Shown here: positions 1 to 12,000 of the stretch, piece by piece | Layout of the letters: every line of letters begins with the position of its first letter | Position numbering within the stretch: position 1 is the stretch's first letter | From: Enoplolaimus lenunculus | Taxonomy: Eukaryota | Length of the DNA stretch: 64,000 bases | Direction of reading: 5' to 3' | NCBI GenBank assembly: GCA_030248215.1 | Contig: JASANG010000440.1 | Coordinates: 186,001-250,000 of the forward strand | Notes under the pieces: generated by a model | The model's input: only the letters and a program-made list of their open reading frames with translations | What the model was told of the DNA's origin: nothing | The model's database searches: none | Translations under genes and position numbers: made by a program

Positions 1-3000
1 ATCAAAAGACGCGAAGACAGACAAAACACAGCAGCAACAAACACAACGGCTGATAAGCGGTGAAAAGTGTATGAACAAACATAAAATACTGTTGCAGTGT
101 AATGCGGCGTGTATTGAATTACTGGTTTGGGCTGTTATGGACGATGCTGGCAAGTTGTCGCCGGATGGGGTGGGATAAGCTGTATTCTGGAAAGGGCGTA
201 TCCATGTTTTAACGATACCATAGCCTACTAGAGGCGCAGCCAGGATGTCAGAAGGATGTTAGAAAACGGTTACGTTGTGTAAAAATTTCGAAGCAAAGGT
301 TTTTGTATTACAAACCAACTGAAAACTTTTTAAAAACCTGTGGACAAAATGCAAAATGGATTTGACCCCTTCTCTCTAGGCTACGCCCTTGTGTTCTGGG
401 TTGCCGGTTTTCGATGTGTTTTCTTATTTTTCGTAGGAAGTGAAGACCATAATTTTATTTTTCTGCAGGTGTGACCTGTGGCGGCTAATGGTTTACTGAA
501 TTTTCATTTCAGATGCAGACAGTATATCGAGTCGTATTTCTGAACGCATAATATCGTTACATGGACATCGGTTTGGATTTTCGTTGATGCCGCTACTGGT
601 GGTTTGCCTTGAGGTTCGTTTTTGGGAACAAATCTCATTGGTTTACAAAAAGGGCGAACTATGCAATCGTTCTGCGTGCATGATGTGTATAAAATCTAAC
701 AGTCAACGGTGAGTATTGCAGCGATATTCAGTGTCCGTTGTGTCAGTTTTAATTGTACTTTATAAAATTATTTTGTTTAGGCTCTGGGAAAACTGGCCGA
801 AAAAGTTCCGCTGATAGCTACAACGTCAATCATAAGCACGTTGAGCGATTTTTTGCTTGTTCCTTCTGCAATTTTGGTCAAATTGATGGAAGATCAGTCG
901 TTGGTGCCGCAACAGGATTCTACAGGAGCTTTAAAGGTAAAATGTGTTCTAGTATGGATCTGTTGTTCGTGGTTTGTATTTAAACCTTGGTGACAACAAA
1001 AGTTCGGACTCGGATTCGATTGTGAAAAAGCCGAATCCCAGAAGTATGTTCGACAGTAGCAACCCTTGAAACCGTTGAATTTGGTTTTGGCGACTTAAAA
1101 TCAAATTTCTATATGGGGATTTTGTAAAACGCTCATTTTGCTCAAGAGGTTTTGAAACTACTATTACTGTTAACATTTAGCTTGATTTACTAAATATTTG
1201 TTAACATGTGTGATTGATAAGTAGTTTTGATAATATGGTAAGCAATGAGTAATATTTTTCAAGCGGTCCTTATTCGCACAATGTATGTTTTTCTGAACAA
1301 AAACTGGAAATGACCTTGGAAATCTGTGAATGTCGCACTAAGAAGTTACCCTTGAAGACTTTAAAATTTAAACGAGGCGTCACTCTGCACATAGTGACAA
1401 TGAGGGTGTGGGCAACAGGCTAAGGACCAAACCAGTATGATGACAGTTTGAGCAAAGTCATAACAACATGAAAAACAGATAACGGCGTGAGAGAAAAAGC
1501 GCAACTGCGTTGACGTTATTTCAGATGGCAGCCGTGTTAATAACTGATCTCGTATTTTAGATGCCTGCGTTACCGTATCTCAAAGAGCATGTGGCTGCGG
1601 CTGCTAGTGCTGCAAGCAACTTATCGCAAACTGATCAATCACTAAACGGTGTTCCGTTGTTGAAATCCGACAAAATTGCCGCTGATGCTCGTAAACGCGA
1701 CTGTTTTGAACGCCTACGTGATATTGCAATTGACAGTTTGGTGCGTGCATTGCGTGCTGCAAGACCAACTAACGCGGAATGCATTCAAGCTTGTTTGGCG
1801 TCGATATCGGCACGGTTATATACGGCCACTGGCGAGACTGATAAGTGAGTAAGAACTAGTGAGATATAGAGAGAAGGGGAGCAGGGAGTGTTGAACGACG
1901 ACTGGGAGACTTAGGTGAAAAAGGAGGGGTGGATGAAAGAGAGTGGTAGTAGGTATAGGAACATGGATATATGAGTTTGAACAGAGGAGAGAGTGGGTCA
2001 AGTGACATCTGGGAGTGTGTTTTAAGTGAGCTAGGACAAAAGTGAACAAAACGGTGAGCATAATCGGGTGGTTGTGGAATAACTGATGAGTGACTTATGA
2101 GAAAAGTAGACATTGTAATTGGTAATTGGCCCGGATCGACTGATAAAGCGGGTAAGGCAGAGGGAAATATAAGTAGGCGCGCGGAGATTGATAAGAGGAA
2201 TAAATAGGAGGAGATGACAAGTTGGGTTGAGTGAGGTCAATTGATACCTATAAGTAAACTGGAAGAAGGGGAGGAAGCAGGTGATGAATGGATACTGTTG
2301 AAATCAATAAGAGTATATAGAGGGGAGAGTGGAGTGAGAGCGAAGAATTTTGTTTGACGAGATTAGTGTGTATGTAAGAGAATAAGTTATCAAATAAGTT
2401 AGTAATATCTACACGTGTTTAGGCGTCAATATCGACTCCGTTGTGTACTTTGACTAAGAAGCCCGACGAGTAAGTTAGGACGGAAGGCGAATTGGAGAAA
2501 TTGTGAGTGGGTGCATAGAGATGAAGAGAATATGGAATAGAGGGTTGAACGCCAACTAGGGTGGTCCGGCTCAGAATTCATAGCAGAGAATAAGTTACTA
2601 CTTGATAAAACAGCATACCTATCGGATTTGTTTAAGCCGTATATTGCAGTGCTCATTAATAGCCTATACCCACTTATCTTTGTTTCAGAGAGTCAGTAAT
2701 GATCAGTCAGAACGCCGTGTACGCACTTGGCGGACTTGGCGTAGGTTTGCGCGATATTCAAGGTGTCCCAGAATCGGTGCTTCAAATATTTCAACAACGA
2801 TTCACTAATCCACCCACCGCTCTTGATGCAATGATTGTTGGCCAGTTGGGAAATATGATCAGCTGTGGCGTGGTAGGTTTGATTTAGTTTTGAAGACATG
2901 CGTTTTTAGTTTCACTTTGTTCAAGATTTCAACTGTTGGAAGTATTATTTGATTTTTAAAAATAAATGCAATCACCAGCGCTGCGTATATAATCACGGCT

Positions 3001-6000
3001 ACATACCGGTTGTGTGGTAGTAAATTTCTAATCATTTGTAAACGCCGGCGCAATCACGATTTGAACCGGACTGCAATTGCGTTTTTCAACCAGTCACCTG
3101 CGTAGAAAAATGCAAACGCGATAATGAAACCGCGACCACAGATACAGTAGACGCAACTGAGTTTGAAACAAATTGTTTTTTAGTCTTCAATTTATGGTGA
3201 AGTAATGAAAATGTTCGCAATGATTACTGTTGAAGCTTCGTCTGCAAGCTACTCTCCGACTGGAATGCAGCCTTCTCATGGGTATAGGTGAGTGAAACAA
3301 CAAAGGTATTTGAGTAATTTGACTGAATATTTGGAATTTTAATTTACTTCAGTGGCGGATCTGGAAATGTTTCACTTGTCGGGTTGAACGATAGCAGACA
3401 AATGCAATACAGTTTATTTAGATCGGTATAGCAGGGATTTAAGTTTGGGAGTCCCATTTAGATACGTCAGTGTTTAGGCTTTTGCATCCTCCACAATAAA
3501 GTGTGCACAGGGCGTTCAAAAATGAAAAATTTAGTTTCGAATTCTTAGTTTTGAAGTAAATTCGATTCCATTAGTGACTCAAAATTTAGTCTTATCGCGT
3601 ATGGCATTCAATCATATTGTTAATTAAAATCAATACCACTCCACTACAGCAATTATTCATCGTTCGCCTTTTTCAAGTTAGGGTGATTTTATGAAAAGTA
3701 AAAGGAAGAAAATAAAAGATTTGCGGTGATGTTGCGTAATGTTTGGAAGAATATTTACAATTATGATGAGAGAACTGCGTTGCTGATTGGCAGTAACTGT
3801 GTAACGTGAATTCACTACTTGAATGGCTAATTTAGGAGCATAACACAATCTCTGGGATAATTGTTGTTAATTAGTGAATTCTGTGCTTGATTTAAACTCA
3901 TGATGGCTCTTGCGCATTTCCCCCCACAATTACGGTTAACTTTAATAGGAATAAGACGGCGCCACACAACAAATATAGCGTCACTCTTAGTCGTCAATGC
4001 GTAATTTTAATGGTGTTGATGTAGTATCAGCAGTGATATATTATATGATACTACCTTGCGGTCGTGTGCTATATTTTTATCGCTAGTGATGACTAAAAGT
4101 AGTTGAAAGACTGCTGATAGTCGGTTCGTGTGTGGTTCTAAATTGCAGAAAACATAAACTATAGAACGCTCGGGAATTTAAGCAAACGCCTAGGCCTAAG
4201 CCCTATTATTTTTGTTCCGGACGCATATTTTATTCTATGCAGACGTGGACTGACTACGGTGACGAAGGCATTTGGCTTTCAACTCTTGGCGATTGCTTGC
4301 AGCTATCATTGTTCATTAGTTTATTACGTTTGGAGCTTATGCTTTTGTAGCAGGTTGACATTTCCGTTGGAAAGTGAGGGCATGGTGAAGTTACAGGATG
4401 ATGGTACACTGTTCGCAAATTGTATTATTTGTTGAACAAGCAGAATATGTACTATATATTATTTTGATTTGGCAATGGGTAAAACTGTAGTTATGTATTA
4501 TAAGGTTGCGTGTTTATATATATAGCGCTATGCAAACTACACTACGCCGTGACTCATTGTCCAGTGGCCTGCAGCAGATAACTACTGCATCAAACAGCAA
4601 TGTGAATGCCGGTATTGCAACTGCAACACAGCCAGCAAATTCTAGTTGGAAACGCGGAGCATCATTTCGCGGTGTGTCGCCTCAACCGAGCATAGCCAGC
4701 AATCAGTCGACACAGTTTAACGCAGGCACAGGATCGATCCCGGTTCCGGGAGTGACGGCAAGTTTTGCACAACATCTTGGTGCGGCGTCTGCAGTGTCGT
4801 TAGCGTTAGCCGGCTCTGCGCAAGATTCGCTCGTTGGTACTGGATATTTGGCCTGCGCCGGGCCCGGTCTTCGATGGCCGATGGCGTTTGTCACCGCCGG
4901 ATCAAGGCTGGTCCAAGCCGAAACGGCCGAGATTGCAATGCGAAGGTTTGATCGGCGTGTAGTGACCTTGGGGGCGGGGCTAAACAGGCGCGTAGCTTTG
5001 ATTTAAATTGAAATTTATAGAGATCTATAGAACTTAATGAGCGTGAAATATTCAATGATTATAGTTTTGTTTTGAGTTGCATCCGGGTCCGGTTATTCCG
5101 GGCATTTTCGCCGAAAAATTCCGGGTCCCGGTTTTCGCTTCAAGAAATTACGGGTCCGGGTTTTCACAACAAATCATTCCGGGTCCGGGTAATAGAAAAA
5201 TACCCGTACAGAATACCCGGAATAAAATTAGCTTAGTGATTTTGAGAATTCCCTTAAATTAACATCCGCGCTATTCACCTTTGAGCAACAAAACCTGCGT
5301 AATACGTAGATATTCAAAATAATCGGTATTGGCATCGGGAAGGAATTTTGGTATCGGCACATCCCTAGTAAGGATAGTATGTTGTTTTACTTGAATTATA
5401 TTTTTGTGAATGACGGTAGTCGCTTCGTCGCATTGCATACTGCCCATTAATGTTTTACACACTGAACTGCTAGAATATAGATGGAGACAGAAATTCGTTT
5501 CTATCTTTAAAAAATTCGTATCATGTTCAGTTTTTAGGTTATGAAAATTCCGGGCCCGGCTTTGTCCGGAAACTAAATTCGGGTCCGGCTTTGTCCGGAA
5601 ACTAAATTCGGGTCCGGGTTTGCATTCTTAAAATTGCGTATCCGGGTCCGTATTTTTCATCTAGAAAAATCCGGGTCCGAGTCCGGGTATTTATTTTAAT
5701 AGGAATTATTTGGTATTGAGCAGTGCAATCAATATTTGAATTAATATTTGATTTGAAAATGTCCTTAATATTTTTTGATTCATAAATTCAGAGGGGTTTG
5801 AACCTTGAAGACCCTTTCTGTGGCTGGCTACTGTCCTGGTTGTTCAACGGATTTTTTAGAGTTTGATACGCATGGCTTGTGATGTAACGGTTATTAGCAT
5901 ATTAATCTGAATTTTTGTTTGTTTGTTTGTTTGTTTGTTTGTTGTTTGTTTGTTTGTTTGTTTGTTTGTTTGTTTGTTGGTTTAACCGTAGCGAATTTAA

Positions 6001-9000
6001 TTATTAGCTAAGGGAGGGGGGGTGATTTGCACATCAAAACACTATTCTATACGTCGTTCGTTCCATTAGTCCATTTTATAATGTTTAAGTCCTTTCATGG
6101 ACTAATTTGCCGGGTTTTAGTTTGCTAAAATTTACCTGTTTGTTACAAAATGTAAACATAAAATTGGGTTGCGGTATACTTTTTTGGCTATGTTAATGTG
6201 GTCCGGTTCCGGATTCACGTGAACTGCCGTATGGCATCGCATAAAAATTGTTAAACGAAAATGTTTTAAACTTGCGGTGCTGTTCCGATGGGGCCGCATC
6301 ACATGTGTAACGCCGCAATAGAATACGTAGTGGTATTCGACCTTCTGTGAATTTTACCTTTTGTACAGGTTTGTTGTTTTGAGTACGAATTTGTTTATTA
6401 AGAATTGAAAGTTAAAATTGAAATCATAGCAACAATAAACGGAACATTTTTTGAGTAGTTTTTGGACTTAAAATATTATTTATTGAGAATTGAGGTTAAA
6501 ATTGAAATTATACCAACAATAAATTTAAATTTTTTGAGTAGATTTTTGGACTTAAAATTTGTGCATTGTAAAATACTGAAATTCGCCGTCTTCAGGTTAG
6601 GCTGTACTTTTTTGACATTGTGTCGCCGTCTGTCACCGTACGGTATCGTATGCCAACAACAAACTTACGTACGATAACGTATAATGACGGACGGTGACAG
6701 ACGTCAAGTATAGCGCAATCCTTATGGTTTTGTGGTAAATTTATATTACTGCCCGTATTTTTAAGAAATTAATGATTAGATTTTATTGGAAATCCGAATT
6801 CCGATTTCAATTTAGTAAATTAAGTACACTTTTTATTTGTTTTTTATATATTAATATTGACAGTTTCAGTATTTATTTTGGTTTAATTTTAAGTTTAGAG
6901 GCGGTTTTGCAGTGGTGATTTGCATTATTTATAATATTTTTAATTGGTTTAGCGAATATTTAGCGTTGTGTAGCGTAGCTTGAAGTCTGATTTTTGTAAA
7001 GAAAAGGTTAGTTTGATTATTTGCGTAAAAATTTATTCGGATACGAATTCAAGAGTGAACTATAGCCTCAAAGAGCGTACGCTTGTTTTAAACACCAGTT
7101 CAGTAATATTGTTTAGTTGGTTTTGGTTGTAGCGTTGAAGCTAATTGCTGGTAACTGTTTACTGCAATATATATAGTTTGTGATCATGGGTTTGCGTTTA
7201 AGTAACAGTCGATAATTAGGAAAATTTTGAAATGTAATATTTTTGAACGTCACCGTATGAACAGTTTGTGAGACATTGGTTAATTGAAAATTATTGTAAA
7301 AATTGTCAAATTAATTTTCAAATTCATTATTTAAATTTTTTTTGAAAAACGCGGACATAAGTGTACGGGTCATTTGTTTGAGGGAGGATTGGACAATTTA
7401 TGTCTGAATACTAAAAAACAAGAAAATCTACAACCAGTCTCGTTGGCTGCATCCGGAGGCATACTTTGACCATGAAACACATGAACTACAGATTGTGTAT
7501 CTGTCAAAACTCAGCTCAGAACAATACAACAGTTATCATCGGAGTTAAATATCGAGGCTGGTTCCCTTTGTTTGGCTGTATTAATTTACGTATTAATAAT
7601 TTTGAAGCTGTTATATTATTGAGTTTGTGATTTGTAGAATAGAACGTATTTTGAATTTTTTAAATGTTCCAATTATCAGCAGTACGCGTGTCATTGTTTT
7701 GTATGATTTTAAACGTCACAACAAACTGTATATTGCGTTTCGGTAGTTTCACCGTTGAATCCGGCTTTGTAACTTGGTTGATGACAATCGGGACTGTACA
7801 AATTGGAATCATTACATTTTTAACCACGCAAGAGTTGGAGGACTCAAAATCGTTCAAAAAAGGCGAAGTTGAGTTGAACTTTGCTCAAAAAATGTAGTTT
7901 CAGTTCAACAACTGTTACAGAGTTAAATAATAAACACAGCGAAATGTTTAACTGCAGTTTGAAATTGTACAATTTGTGTTTTGGTGCGTGTAAAATGTTG
8001 AAATTTGATGCCGTATATGTACCTGAGCGGACATCTTGTACTGCTAGTAATATTCTGAGTTGAGTACGTCAGTCCTGTGTGGAAATTAGAAGAACGGATT
8101 GTGTCAAAATTACCTATATGTCAGTAACGAAATGCTGTCTTATTCAGGTTGATTTCTGGATCTCAATTATTGCATGATTAGCAATGTAGCATTATGTAGT
8201 GTTATATGGCTAATTACAATAGTAAATATAATTCAGTTTGCCGTGAATGCAAATTATTAGTGTTTTCAGCTGGATTTTTGTTCAGTTACTTGTCTCGCGC
8301 TGGTATGGATTTCTACCCCCACAAGCCTAAGTCTTACAATGGAACACATTTTTAAATTTTCAACATAAGTTGAACAAGTATGAACACACAGGTATGACGA
8401 ATAGCAGCGTTTGCTTTGAAACTTTTGCCAATATTTTTGGTTTTGGTTCCGCCAAACAATTTAACGGCTGTTTATGTTTCACATTTTATAGCACAGTCCA
8501 ATCTTACAGTGTTGAAACTCTGTCGTGATACGTATTGTGATTGTGGAAGTTTGAATTTATTTTCTTGGCTTTATTTTCATTTTTAGGCATGTTTCGCTTG
8601 CGGTGATCAATGCAATGCAAGCAATCGCCGCAAATGTCGACAGTGTTGTACTTAAAGATGATTTGTTGATTCGGTTGCTCGAGTTGTTTGTTCAGCTGGG
8701 ACTTGAAGGCAAACGTATTTCGGATAAATTGTCAAAATCGACACTGAAGGCAAGTGATTGGTTTATTTTTTTAAATTTTTTCGTATTTTAATGGTTTTGT
8801 AATTTTTTATTTAGGTTTTTCGATTAATTGGATAGTTTAGTGTGTAGAGGAATGTGTATCTGTATATTTACGTTGGTGCTGACGAGTTGGGTTTGAGTGT
8901 TACGAAAAAAAATCCGTTGAAAAATACCAAATTTTGTACCGGGACGTCTGTTGTAAGAATACTGGATTTCATGCTGGAATGGAAATTTCACGTTCACCTT

Positions 9001-12000
9001 CCGGTCAGGACGTCGGCGCTGTAGCATCACTGTCACTTTTGTTCGAGATGAATGTCGAAACTAAATTGTAACAAATAATGCGCTGTACTCGTCGTCCGGC
9101 GCTGTCCAACGCCGTCCATCACCATACGGTATTGAAGTTGAGTGATTCACTTCGATTCGGCACTGTAGTGGACGCCGCTGGACGTCATCAAAAGTATAGG
9201 GTCACCCTAACAGTACATATGTTGTACTAATGTGCGGTGACTAAATGTTGTTTTTATTTCCCGAGCAGCCAGTAACTCGTGGTTCATTTTGTATGTTGTG
9301 ATTTTAGGCTTCGAGTAGCGCTGGCAATCTGGGTGTGCTTATCCCGGTGATATCGGTGCTGTTAAGTAATATGGACCCGATAGTGAATCCAAAGCCGCGG
9401 TTGCACAAACTGTTTCGAGACTTTTGGTTTTACTGCGTTGTAATGGGCTTTGCTGTGGAAGATTCAGGTATTTTTAAAGTTTTTTCAACTGCCATTTGAG
9501 AGTTCGCAACAAGATACTGGTATGGTTTGTTCGGTTTCGTTTTTGAAAATGAAATCCTTGAATTTCGTAGTTACAATTTGGTCAGATGTGTGGACAACGG
9601 TGATATTTTCCCGAAATTTCTGGAGACAAGAAAAAAACGCTTTTAACAGGTTCTGGCCAGTTAATCTTATGCATCCAAGTGGTCATAAATTATTCTTTTA
9701 CATGAGGTTAATCCTGGATACGCTTCTGAGTGTGGTTGTCTGTTTTTCAGGACTGTGGCCTGATGAATGGCATCGCGGTGTTTGTACCATCGCAACTAAA
9801 TCTCCAGTTCTGGTCGGCCGAGAACACTTGAGATCTGAGCTGATGTATAATTCGGCGTTGAAAGGAGATGCTATTTCACCGGTAAGGTTTTTTGGGTAGA
9901 TGACTTTGCCGGCATTCTTGAATGTGTGCACATCTGTGTCTAGTCGCAAGTCAGTAAAAGGTCCTCAAATAAGCGAGCAAGGATATCTGCAGATCATATG
10001 ATGCTGGACGCAGTATTACAGTACCTTAAATCCAAAAATTACATTTCAAAACTGATCATTTGTTGCTTCAAAAGTGACAGGATCTGTCAACAACTGGTGA
10101 TAGGTGCTATAGTCATTTTAAAATATGGCTCCGTGTGTCAGAGACGCGTGCACTTTTCAAGGAATGAAATTTGAAGATGGCTAATGGCATGGGTTGTCTG
10201 TTAATGTTTTTAAAATTGGTTATTTCTCTTTCGCGCAAGAGTATGCAACAGGGCACATTCTGTGTGGGGAAACTTACTATCACCTGTAGCGTAGTGACTA
10301 CTACTGAAGCCCATTTCCTTTATAACTACAACCTCTCAAATAATGTTGGCTTGGAGGCAAAATTGCTCCCAAATTGAACCCGGGGGATTGCCCACAATCT
10401 CTTGTATTGCCCCAAGTTCAACCGTCACAAAAATTACAATAGCAAGTTCTCGCTGCTCTAAATTTGCACGTGTGAATAGGGTTTAGTATACTGTATCATC
10501 AAAAGCGTCGTCATCGACATTTGATTGGCTTAAATAATATTTTATTTTAGACAGAATTGCAAGAATTGCGTAATAAAATATTGAGTTTGTTAAGTCAAAC
10601 AACTGCTGGCACGTCGTCGTTCATTAATAAAATGGATTTTTCACAGTGTATCTATTTGATGTCTGTGTATCGATTGGAAACACTTCGCGTTGCAAACGCA
10701 GCAGATACGGACGCGTTTTATTCGCTGTTTGAGTATTTGGAAGACAAGTGAGTAGACGTGTTAGTATTCATGTTGTGTTAAGTCTGTCTCGACAATTATT
10801 CAGAAATATTCAAGTGATTGTGCTAAAATGCAGGAACGTTTTTGTATGATCACATACTTGTTTTTATATACACGCAGCAAACAATTAAGTACAAATTAAG
10901 TCTTTTGATCCTAAGATTACTGCGACTGAACTTTGAAACAATTAATTATACAAATACGTTCCGGAAGTTTACTTTTTATATTTGGATCAGGCGGCGTTGT
11001 CGGTAAAAATTATCGTCCGTATATGAGTAAGAGTTGCGCTATACTTGTTGTACGGTGCCATGCGTTATCCCTACGGCACCGTCCGTGCGTCGCTGCCCGT
11101 CATCATACGGTACGCTACGTGAGTATTTCGCATACGATGCTGCAACGTGACGCATGGTGGCGGACGGCGCCGTGCGGGTGACAGACGTCGCAGGGCGTCA
11201 TTAAAAGTATAGCGGCACCCTAAGAGTAGCACTATACCTTTTCAATGTTTTCTGACGCTGTTTGTCGCTTCCTTCACTGCGGATCGCTGTTGCAATTAAG
11301 TATCGTTGACTTGTAGTGAAATATGCAGTAAATATTTGGATTCAGCTCCGGTATGTTTTGTTTGGGGGTAATGCCGCATTCTGCGTATGCAATGTAACTG
11401 CGACGTTGTAGCTCGAGATTCGATTTCGAGTTATTGTTTTAAATTCTGAGGTTGCATACTGGTGTCATTGACGTTCAGAAATTTGGTTTATGGCCCGTTT
11501 AATAATTTTTTTACACATTTTAGAACCATTCGTAAAGACAAAAGTGGCATGTGGCAGTGTATGTTCGCAGTGGTGGATGCCGCTTTCAATGTGCTGATCA
11601 ATACGTTATCAGCCAAGCCGAACACGGAGGTATGTAGCTGCCTGAGGTAACATTTTTTCTGTCACTGTTTTGTTGAACATTTTTGAATGCAGTTGTTGGT
11701 CGCCTGTTTGAAAACCTGTTGATTGCTGGTTATAGGTACTACATACGTTTGGCAATACAACATCATGGCGTAGAGGAAGGAAGTTGCAAATTAAGCAATA
11801 GATATTATTGTTTTCTTTTTAATTTTTAAACCGAAATATTTCAAATATTGAGTTATAAATGATTGTCTTTATCATATTTTGTTTACAGGAGAGAGAAGAA
11901 GAGCTCGCAAGACACGCACAGTTTCTACTGGTCAAATTTAATCATATTTACAAAGAAGTGCGCCGATGTGCGGATCGATATTTGTCAAAGTGAGTGCATT

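Noticed and set aside
6395..6560. Diverged tandem duplication of about 80 bp in a PI4KA intron; a similar diverged duplication lies at about 61390-61685
   Set aside because: Ordinary AT-rich local duplications with no sign of function.
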